Shown here: positions 21,255 to 35,244 of the stretch, piece by piece
Position numbering within the stretch: the stretch's first letter is position 1
Layout of the letters: each line of letters opens with the position of its first letter
Assembly: GCF_001194135.2 (NCBI RefSeq)
Contig: NC_069006.1
Span: forward strand, 6,303,585-6,357,434
Reading direction: 5' to 3'
DNA length: 53,850 bases
Source of the DNA: Octopus bimaculoides
Lineage: Eukaryota
Notes under the pieces: generated by a model
What the model was told of the DNA's origin: nothing
Seen by the model: only the letters and a program-made list of their open reading frames with translations
Database searches by the model: none
Program-made: the position numbers and the translations under genes

Positions 21255-21707
21255 TCATATATACACACACACACACATAGAGACATACATACACACACAC
21301 ATGTATATACACACATGTATATACACACACACATACATCTATATCTATATCTATATATATATATATATATACACACACACATACATATATACACATATAT
21401 ATGCACACATATATATACACATATATACNNNNNNNNNNNNNNNNNNNNNNNNNNNNNNNNNNNNNNNNNNNNNNNNNNNNNNNNNNNNNNNNNNNNNNNN
21501 NNNNNNNNNNNNNNNNNNNNNNNNNNNNNNNNNNNNNNNNNNNNNNNNNNNNNNNNNNNNNNNNNNNNNNNNNNNNNNNNNNNNNNNNNNNNNNNNNNNN
21601 NNNNNNNNNNNNNNNNNNNNNNNNNNNNNNNNNNNNNNNNNNNNNNNNNNNNNNNNNNNNNNNNNNNNNNNNNNNNNNNNNNNNNNNNNNNNNNNNNNNN
21701 NNNNNNN

Positions 21708-21758
<51 letters not shown>

Positions 21759-21830
21759 TGCATACATATGCACACCATACATACTCATATAAAAACATAC
21801 ACACATACGCCACACGCACACATATAACTA
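21255..21830. repeat. Compound (CA)/(TA)/(CATA) microsatellite field around an assembly gap (representative of dozens of SSRs)
   Basis: Directly visible. Other long SSRs include (TA)n at 773-826 and 29705-29774, (ACAT)n at 10753-10816, (AAT)n at 12070-12116 and 35175-35260, (GAT)n at 31482-31530, (CA)n/(GT)n at 42485-42590 and degenerate (GT) at 49830-50185. Confidence 0.95.
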
Positions 21831-23702
21831 TCCATGAGGAAAATGGAACAACAACACAGCTTAATAGCAAGAGGTATTCCCCAAGTAGTGCCTTTGACTC
21901 CCACAAATGATTTAATAAGTGGAAACACCTGAATACCAACATTACATCACACATTGCATACACCAGAATTTTTCAATTCCCGGCAGTGATGTAAAATCAG
22001 TGTTGTAATAGCAGATACTTATAAAAAAAAAAAGCAACAACAAAGGGGGTGGAGGGAACAAAGAAAAAAAAGGCCTAAACAATCCTGTAAACATAAATTT
22101 TCCTTGCTTAATTCTGCCATTGCCCAAACAAGGATGAAGAGATTAGAATAAAAGGAAATTAAATGGAATGGAATAAAATAAATATTAAAACTAATACAAA
22201 AGCTAAAACAACAATTCCTTTGATATCCCGCATGAAAAGCAGTATTTTTCAAAACAGTTCTGCATTCTTTTCTTCCGACACATCACCACTCCCCTCCACA
22301 AAACAAGCCAGAATTACGATACTATTTTAATATAAAGTATTTAGCTATGCTTAGCTTCACGATTTTACATTGGCAATCCATTTGGAAAGCTCAAATGAAT
22401 GCCAGAAGATTCAAGAAATTGAATTATTTCTTATCGCTATGCTGAACATGCATTTGTTTGTCTGAAATGCAATCAAGATTAGCAAATTGTTATTAGTTCT
22501 GCAATAACTTCCTATTAAAAATAGTAGAAGCTCAAAACCAATCAAATTCCTTATCAAGCTCTGTTAATACTCTTCTTATCAACACATAACCAACCATTGT
22601 ACAATATAGTTTTTATTTTTTTTTATTATTGCAATATATTAACGTATTTCCCCACCACTATTCTCTCATTTTTTTCTGTGTCTTTCTTTGATATTTACTA
22701 TCAGTTCGTTGAAGTAGGGAGGATGAAAAAAAATAGTCAATCAACCATAAAACAGGCTTAGGTAATGAAGCAGACGAATTATACACATGCTTGTATCAAT
22801 ATTTTAGAGAAGGGTGNNNNNNNNNNNNNNNNNNNNNNNNNNNNNNNNNNNNNNNNNNNNNNNNNNNNNNNNNNNNNNNNNNNNNNNNNNNNNNNNNNNN
22901 NNNNNNNNNNNNNNNNNNNNNNNNNNNNNNNNNNNNNNNNNNNNNNNNNNNNNNNNNNNNNNNNNNNNNNNNNNNNNNNNGTTGGTCAATTTTCAAAATT
23001 AGTATTGAGCATTAGTATAAAAATTGTTGAAATAGGGAAAGGAAGGCATAACATGACTGCCATTAACCATTCTTCTCAACAACCACTCCACTTCCTTGCC
23101 TCTTCCTCCTCCTCCTCTATCTCTCGTATTCAATATGCGCACACATCATACACACCAACAGAAGTCAAGTAGCATACATTCAAGGACCATAAGCAAAACA
23201 CTCATCACCTATTTTCCTAATTAAGCCTTCAGTTATTTACTAAATTACATCCTAATAATCAGTTTGTGTATTTCTGCTTCACCTTTAAAACATTCACTGA
23301 TCTCAATTAGATTTTGAAATTACCAAGATGAATATTTGTTCCTTCCACCACCCGCCCCATCACCCTATTTTGGGGAGTGAAAGAAGAATTGTCTGTGACG
23401 AGAAGAATCATAAACATCATCTCAGAAATGCTTCAACATCTCAGAAGTATATGAAGGAGAAATTAATCAATGTTTGCACTTAATTTCACACCAGATGACT
23501 TTGTGCATTACCTCCCTTTATACAATACTCCATCTCTCCACGAACCTGATATCTTCATCATGTGTAATTAAAATACAATTAAAGCAATTGGAGTTTATAT
23601 AAATGACAGCTGTTTCAAATTAGAAGCTTAAATCTAATGAACTTAATGTCACAAATTCAAAACTCCACAAGAGTTGATTATGTTTTTTTTTTATCTAATA
23701 AT

Positions 23703-23913
23703 GGTTTCAAATTTTGGCACAGGGCCAGCAATTTCGAGGAAAGGGGTAAGTTGATTACATTGACCCCAATGTTGAACTGCAGCTTACTTTAATGACCCCA
23801 AAAGGATGAAAGACAAAAATCGACCATGGTAGCATTTGAACCCAGAACATACAGATGCATGAAATACTTTTAAGCATTTCATCTGGTGTGCTAACAATCC
23901 TGCCAGTTCGCCA
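23703..23913 (-). mobile_element. SINE family B copy
   Basis: ttttggcacagggccagcaatttc...gaccccaaaaggatgaaag...tttgaacccagaac...gctaacaatcctgccagttcgcc. Confidence 0.85.
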
Positions 23914-24231
23914 TCATAAAGTATATAAAGTAAAGTAAAATATTGGATTTGATATCATTTTTTATAATTTGACCCCACCAAAAATAAATATAAAATTGAT
24001 TTTGTAGTTCATCCCACCAAAAACAATAAAAATATAAACATTTCTTGGTTGGTTCCTCCAAATAAGAGCATCTTGAAAAACTGGACACAGCTATTTCAGT
24101 GGGTGTCTACAGGATGCTGCAGTGACATTAATCAACCTCCAGTTTCCTTTCTATATAGTTGTAGGCATGAAAGAACAGCCTTCTAGTTAATGAAACTTCT
24201 TTCAACTCCCATAAGCAACAGTCAACTTGTT

Positions 24232-24425
24232 CATCATCATCATTTAACATCTGTCTTCCACGATGCCATGGGTTGGATGGTTCGACAAGAGGTAGGCAAG
24301 CCAAAGAGGTACACCAAGATCCATTGTCTGCTTTGCCAGAGTTTCTATGTCTTGATGCCCTTCCTAATGCCAACAACTTTACAGAGTGTACTGGGAGTTT
24401 TTTATGTGGCACTAACACCCATGGG
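24232..24425 (+). mobile_element. Family C repeat copy
   Basis: catcatcatcatttaacatctgtcttccacgatgccatgggttggatgg...gatgcccttcctaatgccaacaac. Confidence 0.8.
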
Positions 24426-26978
24426 GTCAACAAGTAACTTGTTAGAAAAAGATCTCTCAGCTGAGAACAATATTATATATGTATATATATATATTGAAAA
24501 TTATAATTTAGGGTATCTAAGAGATACCACCACGCTGGAAATAGCAGTCAAAACTCGACTCTAAAACCACATTAAATGTTGAACAAACTTCTTAACCACA
24601 AAATTAGTTTCTGACACTTCCAAATAACAGAAATTCCCGAACAATGACTAAAGACACAAAACAGTTTTAATATTTAAATTACATTCTGAGACATAATCCC
24701 TCAAAATCTTATGGGAACCTAATTGACATTTAACAAACAATTCTCTTCAAATTTTCTATCATCAACATCAAGGTCTGTCCAGCTTTATCATTTATTCACA
24801 ACCAGTTTTTAAAAATGGCTAAAAACAAGATTAATTTTTTTTGTTTTTGTTTTGAGCATACATGTGTGTGTGAGTGTGCATTTGTGCTGATGAAAACTGA
24901 ATAAAGAAATCAATCAATAAACTGAAATGATTTGAATATAATTAATTCTGAATAATGAGACCTGCACAAGATTTAGTTTATACAAACATTCTATTGGTCT
25001 GGCTATTATTCTATACTGTTCATTAACGTTCACATCATCATAAACATTGGTTGCAGTTATTGGTGATTACACAAAATTAATGGATTTAGAAAGATAAAGG
25101 GGGAAAATATAGAAATAACAAAAATAATTTCTTGAAAAATGATTAAAAAAAAATTCCTTTTATCCTTTCTAACACACATTCACATTCCACACATTGGATA
25201 CACAGTACATGGCATACACTCACACATTACACATTCTACACACCCACATCCACACATTAATATTAAATATTCCTGGATAAAGAAGATTAATTTTCTGTTC
25301 ATAAACCTTAATAATTATTTCCATCAACAACACAAGGCTACAAATTTCAGTAAAGGGACACAGCTGAGTAAACAGGCCCCAGTTCTCTGCAGGCTCTCTT
25401 ATTCAACATACCCTGGAATGATGAAACACATAGTTGACCTCAGCAGGATTTGAACCCAAAACATAAAAGAACAAAGGTAAATAGCACACAGTCCACTGCT
25501 CTGTTCCCAATGATGAAATTGTATTCCTGTTTGTAGTTATTAATGTTGCCAATGATTCAGAGAAAGGCATGACTAATCTAAATTACCATTTAGATTACTT
25601 CTTTAGCAATCAAAAACATTGCACATATCTAAGAAATTAATAAGTACAATGTTTTACTGGAGAGAAAATTAAAAGACTCCTTAGAAAATTGTTTGAAAGC
25701 CACTGATAGAGCTGAAAATCCTCAAAGACCTTAACAACACTCTTTATGATATTCTCTGTGATTTGGTCTATCTTTTTTTTTTCTACCAAACACAAAAATA
25801 AGGCATATGGACTTATTAATTACACAGTCTGAAATATAACAGTATTAATAACTATTGATTCTATATACTCGCAGATTATGTTAATCAAATGGTGTGTTTC
25901 TTTCTTTTCTTCACCTGATTGAAAGTTATATTTTTTTCCCCCCTATTTAACCATTGATCTTCTATGATCTATTTTTCTCTTGCATTTTTACTGTTATCAA
26001 TGACACCCTATTGAAGATATTTGACATCTATACTGTATTATGATAAGAAAGCAAGCAACCTTTGATGTGCTCAACTCAATGATTCTGTTTGAGTGTGAAC
26101 AGTTTTTCAGAATGAAATATATAGAATTCAGCCAAACCAAAGTTGCAAGAAACTACACAAAAGGAGTTTGTCTTTGATGGTTCCATTTCCTTTATTTTAC
26201 AGGAATATTCTACGCAAGGGAGAAAGAGAAACAAAAATTTTAAATGCTCCAACAAAGTGATATTTTTATTTCACTATATTCATCAGAATCTCTAACATTA
26301 TGAATCATATAATATCATTCATTGGAATGTCAAATGCTTGAAGCTTATGATTAATATATTGATTTTTAAAGTTGAATTCCAAAGTTTAACTGTGTCAGCC
26401 AGTTGGTATAAGATTTTACTTCCAGGATGTATTATATGAAACTTTTGGGATGTAAAAGAATATCTAATAAAACAACTAATAGCTTCCATTTAATATGGAC
26501 AAGTAATTCGGTATACCCAAGGGTTTAGTTATCATACATGCTTGCGTTACAGTTTATTTCATTACATTATACCAATGATACCAGTAATATTCATTGGATG
26601 AAGAACATCATCTTGTATGTGTTTTCCAGGTGATGAGTTTATGCTGATGTCTGTCATTCCAACAATCTTGCTTATCTCGGGATTGGTTGACACAATCTTT
26701 CAATCAATTCTCATATTACTGTATAAAACAGGAATTGAACCTGGGAGCATTATATTACCAACAGAGTGCGTTATTTCTAAAGCAGTTGTTTCTCTACAGG
26801 TCAGTGATTAGTGACCTTGGCAGGTAATGGTTGCAGGTTCAATTCATTACTAGTTCAGAAATATTCCCTAAAGGCAACCGGAGAGAATATCAATCAAAAT
26901 GTTGTTCAGATATTGTTTATAAATTGTGCAGCTTCTGAGATATCAACAGAAATAGTGTAGCAACCTGAATACGTATAC

Positions 26979-27024
<46 letters not shown>

Positions 27025-27575
27025 NNNNNNNNNNNNNNNNNNNNNNNNNNNNNNNNNNNNNNNNNNNNNNNNNNNNNNNNNNNNNNNNNNNNNNNNNNNN
27101 NNNNNNNNNNNNNNNNNNNNNNNNNNNNNNNNNNNNNNNNNNNNNNNNNNNNNNNNNNNNNNNNNNNNNNNNNNNNNNNNNNNNNNNNNNNNNNNNNNNN
27201 NNNNNNNNNNNNNNNNNNNNNNNNNNNNNNNNNNNNNNNNNNNNNNNNNNNNNNNNNNNNNNNNNNNNNNNNNNNNNNNNNNNNNNNNNNNNNNNNNNNN
27301 NNNNNNNNNNNNNNNNNNNNNNNNNNNNNNNNNNNNNNNNNNNNNNNNNNNNNNNNNNNNNNNNNNNNNNNNNNNNNNNNNNNNNNNNNNNNNNNNNNNN
27401 NNNNNNNNNNNNNNNNNNNNNNNNNNNNNNNNNNNNNNNNNNNNNNNNNNNNNNNNNNNNNNNNNNNNNNNNNNNNNNNNNNNNNNNNNNNNNNNNNNNN
27501 NNNNNNNNNNNNNNNNNNNNNNNNNNNNNNNNNNNNNNNNNNNNNNNNNNNNNNNNNNNNNNNNNNNNNNNNNNN

Positions 27576-27890
27576 GTGCAACCGGATGGCTACACCAGGC
27601 TCCAATCTAATTTGGCAGAGTTTCTACAGCTGGATGCCCTTCCTAACGCCAACCACTCAGAGAGTGTAGTGGGTGCTTTTACGTGTCACCCGCACGAAAA
27701 CGGCCACGCTCGAAATGGTGTCTTTTATGTGCCACCCGCACAAGAGCCAGTCCAGGGGCACTGGCAACGATCTTGCTCGAAAACCCTACAAGGCCAGTCA
27801 GGCGGTACTGGCAACGGTCACGCTCAGGATGGTACATCTTATGTGCCACCCGCACAAGAGCCAGTCCAGAGGCACTGGCAACGATCTCAT
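27576..27890 (+). mobile_element. Family C repeat copy with an internal 114-bp-period tandem duplication
   Basis: Highly similar to 960-1190. atgtgccacccgcacaagagccagtccag occurs at 27727 and 27841. This element produces ORFs 27576..27998, 27673..28074 and 27683..27919. Confidence 0.88.
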
Positions 27891-27992
27891 GTATGTGTAT
27901 ATATATATATATTATATAGTAGGTACCATAACAAACCAGAGAAAAGTATCTTGTTTTACAAAATTAATGTCATATGCTCAAATAATATCGGT

Positions 27993-28182
27993 TTCTAATT
28001 TTGGCACAAGGCCAGCAATTTTGGGGGAGGGGTCTCGTCAATTACGTCGACCCCGGTGTTTCACTAGTGCTTAATTTATTGACCCCGAAAGGATGAAAGG
28101 CAAACTCAGAATGTAGCAATGGGCAAAGTACTGCTAGGCAGTACACCCAGTATGCTAACAATTCTGCCAGCTTGTCACCTTA
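27993..28182 (-). mobile_element. SINE family B copy (internal deletion)
   Basis: ttttggcacaaggccagcaattttggggg...gaccccgaaaggatgaaaggcaaactcagaatgtag...gctaacaattctgccagcttgtcacctt. Confidence 0.85.
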
Positions 28183-29364
28183 ATAATAATAATAATAATA
28201 ACAGCAACAATAACAATAATAATAATAATAGAATTTGAAATGTGAATAAGTAAAATAAAAACAAAACCAAATATATATAAATCTATAGTTTATAATATTT
28301 ACTTGTAGGGTGGTGCTGTAGTAGGTACCCACCCATAACAAACTAGTACCAGGAGCCAGATTACTGTGGTCTAACATTACATGTACAAATATTAAAAATG
28401 GGGAAGGGGTGCACATTGAGAAAAGAAATGTGCTTGTAAAAGAGACAAGGTGGAAGTATGAGAAGTACAGCTCTTCAATGTTTCCATAGACAAGACCCCC
28501 ATAACAAGGAATCAGTTAATAAACATATAGAATGTTCCAGTAAAAGTAGTAGGTAATACGATATCTCCATTGGAAAAGTGACTTCAGCCTTGAATCTTCT
28601 CTATTCTATGGAATCCACTAAAATCTCATTTTAAGGATAAAGTGTTAATTGATTGATTAAATGGTTGAATACAATCGGGGACGTGGGAGGGAGGGGGTTA
28701 GCTTTAGCGAATGGGGAGGAAATTACTTTTGGATTTATTGTACAAGAGGGAAATTATATTTTGGATTATCATACAAGAGGGAAATTATATTTAGAACATA
28801 AACAAAATTTACAATGTTACAACATTCACAATCGCAAAAAATAAATTCAATTTATGATAAAATTATTTTTCATTTTTTTCTATTCAAACCTTATTACATT
28901 GATTTTCTTTTTTTTTTTTTACTTTCCATGTGGCATAAACCCAAATGGTTATTAGCAAGAATTTCTGCAGAAATATCATGGAACGTTTCGTAACCAGGAT
29001 ACTCTCTTTAATCTTAGTTACTCAATCATAGCACACACAATACTGTTCAATATAGAAATATATCTAAAGCCAGTCTTTGTTGAAAAAAGTTAAATACTCC
29101 TAACTAATTTCTTCATTGTTTACATGCTCCAGAAAGTATAAATCCCTTAGCATGAGGCTTTTTTCATGCTTCAGAGCTTGCCAACAGGGTTTCAAATCAA
29201 CCACAAAAATCAACGGATTCTTATCACCCTAAATGATTTCTGGTGTTTGGCAGCAATAGCCTTAAGAAGCTATTTATGGCACAATTACCAGAGAGCTTTT
29301 TTAATTTCTTAGGAGACATTAGGGAAATATAATACCTTACCATAATCTGATGCCTTACCATGAT

Positions 29365-29545
29365 GTTCTGTGCATAGTGATAGAAGCAAGAAGACCAAGA
29401 GGGAGAAAGAGAGCAATGGTGATGGATGACAGTAGGCAGAGGCAGTTGTATGACTCAATGAAGAGAACAGCACAGACTAAAGAGTGGTGGAGAGGCTTCA
29501 TGTGCACAAGACTTGTTCAAGGACAGACTACTTGAGAAGAAGACC
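29365..29545 (+). mobile_element. 3' end of an RTE-clade-like LINE
   Basis: IVIEARRPRGRKRAMVMDDSRQRQLYDSMKRTAQTKEWWR resembles the RTE ORF C-terminal pattern (EGkRxRGRxR...YxxMKRxAQDRxxWR). It ends at a gagaagaag tail. Confidence 0.55.
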
Positions 29546-29697
29546 ATAATCTTCACAGAACTTTTAATGATAAACCAAATAAATAATTACTGGGAGATTG
29601 TTTTGAAGTTGATAACCAAAAATTAGTTGCAATAAAAAAACACTATGTGATAAAAGCTTGTTCAATAGAATTTCATTAAGTGATGAGTGTATGTATG

Positions 29698-29777
<80 letters not shown>

Positions 29778-30844
29778 CATACACTGTCTATATAGAGAGT
29801 ATATATAGACAGGTTTCAGTTTATACTAGACAGTAGGTACCAAAAGAGTAGCTTGTACATAATAAGCCATACGAAAGGAGTTTGGTAGATGGTAATGAAA
29901 GTATTTAATCAAAGCAGAATTAGAGTTACTGTTAAGAACCATCAAATTAAGCCTCCTCACTTTTTTTTTTCCTATTTTCTTTCAATTTTCTCCATCAGTA
30001 AAACAATAACCAATAAACTGTTTCTCGATTGTTGTCTAGAAACATATCATCCACCTCAGATCAATGTGACTTTGATAAACTCAATGATTATTTTGACTAT
30101 TAGACAGACAAAAATATAGTTTCTCCTTCATTACAACGTCCACAGCAATGCTACTTTTTACATCAAAGAAGCCAAACAGAAGTTTAGTTGTTTGTTATAT
30201 CAAACTCGTCTGATTCAACTGATTAAGTATGCACATCATCCACAATATGGCGTATGGTATCCAACTATATTTTCACCATATTCACATTGAGTTGCTCTCA
30301 TAATAAGTCATTCATATGCAATACATACGACCTCCAATTAGGAATTAAAATCAATTTCTGTGTGAATGGCCATGCTGCTTTTTATCATTGTCTTACCTTC
30401 TTGACTATACACACATACCGCCAAATACTGAGTACCCCTATAACACATCCCCCCTTATCACTCATCACTAGCATTTATGCTGCCATCACTGTAGAGTGGT
30501 TGCTGAGTGAAGAGACACTTGGGGGTTGGGAAGTCTTTGAGCCCTTTCACATTCAGATTATTCTGTTAAATGGTATGCTTATTTATTTGCATTACTTTTA
30601 ATTTAATCATTATCTCATAATTTTGAGATATTGATTACATGATTGTTTATAATTAGAATGACATTGTAAGGTAGGTGAGAGAGGCTGGATCTGGCCAGTT
30701 TGAAGGTAAAACAAGTAGAATCTTTGGACCTGAAATGGCTAGTTTAAACATTGAAGAGTGAAGTCATGTCAAGAAATATGGCTACCCCTCCAGTGCTGGT
30801 GCCAGGGAAAAAAAACAACAACTAACAAAACAACTTGACACACT

Positions 30845-31092
30845 TTGTAAAGACAGAAACTGAAAGAAGCCTGTCGTATATGTATATGTGTGTGTGTCTT
30901 TGTTTGTCCCCCACCATCATTTGACAACCAGTGTTGGTGTGTTTACATCCCTGTAACTTAGCAGTTCAGCAAAAGAGACCAATAGAATAAGTACTAGGCT
31001 TAAAAAAGATTAACTATTGGGTCAATTCATTGGACAAAGAAATTCTTCAATGCAGTGCCCCAGCATGGCCACAGTAGTCAAAAGTAAAGAAT
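30845..31092 (+). mobile_element. SINE family A, 5'-truncated
   Basis: gacagaaactgaaagaagcctgtcgtatatg...aaaagagaccaatagaataagtactaggc...gccccagcatggccacag. Confidence 0.85.
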
Positions 31093-31481
31093 AAATTATT
31101 CAAAAAAATCTCTGCATTTCAGAATAAACAGTTCCTCTGAAACTCTGAAATTTATTTTTGATATTTTCTTTGGATTTTCTACATTTAGACTCGTTTGTAA
31201 TTACTTGAAGCAACTGATGAAAGGTGTAGACAAAGAAATCAATAAATAGTTGTATCTTAAATTCATAATTAGTTGAAAAGATAGAAGATTAAACACCAAA
31301 TTTCGTTACATTAAGACTGAGTACAGTTTCTTGGATAGAAATCTTTATACAATGTTGGTGTTAGGAAGAGCATCCAGCCACAGAAACCATGCCAAAACAG
31401 ACAGTAGAGTTTGGTACAGTCTTTTGCCAGTTCTGGTCAAACCATCCAACCCATGCCAGCATGGAAAATGGATATTAAATA

Positions 31482-31525
<44 letters not shown>

Positions 31526-31994
31526 AATGAATGAATCTAGTTGCTGACTGGTCACACCCACACTCTGGTCATGTATGATATTGTTTAATGCAGGGACTGT
31601 TTTACAGTTTGTAACTGCTTGATAAATGGCAAGAGCAGCTCTTGTTCCAGCAGAACAGATCTATCATCAGAGCAAGAGATCTGCTCTACTACAGCTCAAA
31701 TATATTCACAATAATGCACAAGAAACATAGTTGCAGAAACTGTCCACCCCTTAATCTATCTAAGTGTTATGCACCCATCAAACCTGTGCTAGTAATGTAA
31801 TGTGTGTTAAGATCAGCAGGTTTTTTATACAAATATCAATGAGTTACATTTTTCCATTTTTCATATTTGTAGTTGTTGGTTTTCCTCAGAGCATTAGAGA
31901 CAGAATGGAATGAAAATGGTTCCAGACAAGAAACAAAACATCATAAAGTTTCACTCCATGGAGGCTTTAATTCTAACTCTATGACATTTGCAAA

Positions 31995-32033
<39 letters not shown>

Positions 32034-32057
32034 CATTATTATTATTATTATTATTTA

Positions 32058-32237
32058 AGGTGATGAGCTGGCAGAATCGTTAGCTTGCTGGGCAAAATGC
32101 TTAGCAGCACTTTGTCCATCTTTATGTTCTGAGTTCAAATTCCACTGCGGTCATTTTTGCCTTTCACCTTTTGGGGTCAATAAAATAAATACCAGTCATG
32201 CACTGGAGCCAATAATCCCTCCCCCAAAATTTGAAAC
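32058..32237 (+). mobile_element. SINE family B copy preceded by (ATT)n
   Basis: aaggtgatgagctggcagaatcgttagc...gttctgagttcaaattcc...ttttggggtcaataaaataaataccagtc. Confidence 0.85.
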
Positions 32238-33439
32238 CATAATTATTATTTTATCATGATTAACTTGAAACCCTTCCCATGCCCTGTCTGTGAAACATCT
32301 GAATAATAAAATGGCATGATAGGATATCAAACATCAAAATTTTAGAAAATGTGATATCTTCGGTATGGAAAGCATTCTGTTGGGAATTCAAAACAGATGA
32401 GCTGGACATGTTGACCAAATGTGAGATGGGTACTCATGCCTGTGGAGTGCTGAGCCACTTGCAAGTTAATTCCACAAGCAGGCCATTCTATTGATAGAAT
32501 GACAGTTACAATGTTATTTTGTAAGCTCACCTTAGTGGCTCTTTTATGGTTTTATTACAGAGACGCTATTCCCTTTTTCATATACAACTTAACATTCCAT
32601 TTCTTTAGACGGTACACTGTAGAAGAATCCCTATAATGTCATGTTTCAATATTCAAGGGAGTTCTGTTAGTCATTGTGGATAGTGAAAATAATATCATTG
32701 TGATATATTTTAGCAGTAAAACTTGTTCAGCCCAGATTCATTTACCATTCCAGACAATCTAGTTAACATTTCAACAAAATTTCAGTCCTAGATTTCTTAC
32801 TTTCTTTCCAAGATACCGCACAACTGAGATGAAAAGATGAGATTTTTCATTAAGTACCACAGCACTATGTAAGCAGTGAGCTAAAGTTAGAGGAATGAAT
32901 TAGACAGAAACAAGAAATTTAACAAGAGGACAGAGTAGAATAGAAGTGGGTGGTGAGATAATAAATATATACAAAGGTTTCTTAAGAAATATTATTGCTG
33001 GACTGAAAAACAATGTGTGACTTATTGCAAGTTTTTCCTTGTCTTATCCAGAAAGCTACTGGGAATTAAACATGAATTTTAACTAATTGTTGATGTTGTG
33101 TCAGATAGTGAGAAGAAAGAAAGAATTATTCATAGGTGAAAGTTAATCAAGGAGATCTAAGATAAAACAATAAGAATGGACTTACTGAGAACATGTGCTT
33201 TTATAGACAAGATGGCAGTGTGGAGATGCATTGAGAAAATGATGTTTGCAGAACTGTCAAACCCATGCCAAGATAGAAATGATAATGATAATAATGATGG
33301 TGGTGGTGGTAGTTGGGGAGGGGGCTGCAATGTTAGAACTGATAGTGTTAAGGATAAATAGATGACAATGATGGTGGTCGTGGTGGTTGCAGTACTGATA
33401 CTGGTAAGGATGAATAAAAGATGATGATAATAATAATTG

Positions 33440-33640
33440 CTTCTAATTTAGGCACAAGGCCATTAGTTTTAAGCAGAAGGGACTAGTCAATACCATCAAC
33501 CCCAGTATGTAACTGGTACTTTGTTTTATTGACTCTGAAAGGCAAAGCTGACCCTCGTAGGAATTGAACTCAGAACAAAGGCTGATGCAACCAAAATATT
33601 TCTAGGCATTTTGCCCACTGCTCTAATAATTCTACCAATC
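33440..33640 (-). mobile_element. SINE family B copy
   Basis: ttaggcacaaggcc...actggtactt...ggcaaagctgaccctcgtaggaattgaactcagaac. Confidence 0.8.
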
Positions 33641-33699
33641 TACAGATAATAATAATAATAATAATAATGATAATAATAATAATAATAATAATAACAATA

Positions 33700-34200
33700 A
33701 TAAATGCCTGGATGCAGTACCAGGCAATGGCTCTCATGGCTTCTGATCTTAACTGATTGGAAGTGTTATCATGTACATTGTTTTGTCTTGGTATAAAAGA
33801 TGGGCTACAGCAAATATTCTGCTTAATACCACCGATTTGCTTGTCAGTTGTTTGACCGTGCATCTCTGATCATGAGCAGAAATAGTCGGGGAGCATCATA
33901 GCCATGTGTTGAGAGGAATTCTTTAGGGTTTTAGATAATTCACTTTTGGAAACGTGGATGCTTCATTCAACATCCTCAAACAACCCTTATTCAGGAAACT
34001 TTTGAACGGTACGGGCTACTCGAACTGCAGAAAATTCTAACTGGGCCCCACCTACAAGGTCATTCGCTGTTTGTCTTGATATGAGATCACCGTGTTGTGT
34101 ACATATGGTTGTGATGCATGTGCCTGGTGTACCCTTATCAGACGGGTAGTCATGATGGGTATAATGGGCTTTGTATATTTTACCCCAGTGTCACTTTGAT
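33700..34200 (+). mobile_element. ~500-bp unclassified interspersed repeat (family G) after an (AAT)n run
   Basis: aaatgcctggatgcagtaccaggcaatggctctcatggcttctgatcttaactgattggaagtg...cccagtgtcactttgat. It is richer in GC and CpG than its flanks. Recognised from memory as an abundant octopod repeat; single copy here. Confidence 0.55.
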
Positions 34201-34345
34201 TGTAAGAGCACTTAGACTGATCAAGAAGGGAACAGAAAATTATTTGAGAATGATCCCTGGTTTACCATCCATGTAAGAGGATCACCATCCATGTAGGAAG
34301 TGCAAAAGATTGTTTTAACTGGTATGTCACACATACTGAGAAGAG
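34200..34345 (+). mobile_element. 3' end fragment of an R4/Dong-like LINE
   Basis: Broken frame VRALRLIKKGTENYLRMIPGLPSM...VQKIVLTGMSHILRRAL, the same C-terminal motif family as 18316-18551. ccatccatgta is duplicated internally. Confidence 0.6.
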
Positions 34346-34604
34346 CATTGTTGCCTTGTATTTTCTTTCCTTTTTTCCCCCTTATTTTCTTTCTTTAAAA
34401 AATTTTTTTTTTTTTTTTCCTTTTCCACTCTGTCTTTCTTTCCCTTTTTCTCTATTACATGACTTTGTAAATGAACAATCTGGTGTCATTATTTCGATGG
34501 TCTACCAATGTATACAGTGAGTTTCCCTGCCCTAGGTGCCAGGATGACACTCGGCAAGAAATGGAGACAAAATTGAAAGATGATAATAATAATAATAATA
34601 ATTT

Positions 34605-35036
34605 TCTGGTACAAGGCCTAAAATTTTAAAGGAGGTGACTAGTCAGTTACAGTGACTCCAGGGCTCAACTGGTCCCTATTTTATCACACCTGAAGAGATG
34701 AAAGTCAAAGTTGATCCCATCAGAATTTGAACTAAGAATGCAAGAGACTCGGCACAGCATTTTTTCTGCGTTTTTTTAAAAACAATTCTGTGAACTCACT
34801 GCTTTAGTAGTAGTAGTGGTTTCAAATTTTGACACAAGGTCAATAATTTTGAAGGGAGGGGGAAAATCAATTACATCGACCTCAGTACTTAACTGAAACT
34901 TCATTCCATCAACCTCGAAAGGATGAAAGGCTAAATTAATCTTGATGGCATTTGAACTCAGAATGTAAAAATCCACAAGAAATACCGTAAAGCATTGTGC
35001 CTGGTGCTCTAATGATTCTGCCAGCACCCTGCCTTA
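34605..35036 (-). mobile_element. Two SINE family B copies
   Basis: About 34605-34765 and 34813-35036. Both have gaaaggatgaaag/gaagagatgaaag...atttgaact and the second ends aatgattctgccagc. Confidence 0.82.
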
Positions 35037-35181
35037 ATAGTAACAACAACAACAACAGTATGTTGCCTTTTAATTGTTATTTATCAATATATTTCAGTTC
35101 ATTGATGTTTTTTAACATATAAATAAATACAGAAAACTGTTAATGTATATTTAGTACTTGACAGTAAATCTAACAATAATG

Positions 35182-35244
<63 letters not shown>

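Noticed and set aside
21205-21963. Long ORFs across N gaps and dinucleotide repeats (also 5122..5661, 26943..27605, 35354..36427, 38173..39336 and others)
   Set aside because: They are artefacts of N runs and SSRs lacking stop codons (poly-HT, VC and YI peptides).
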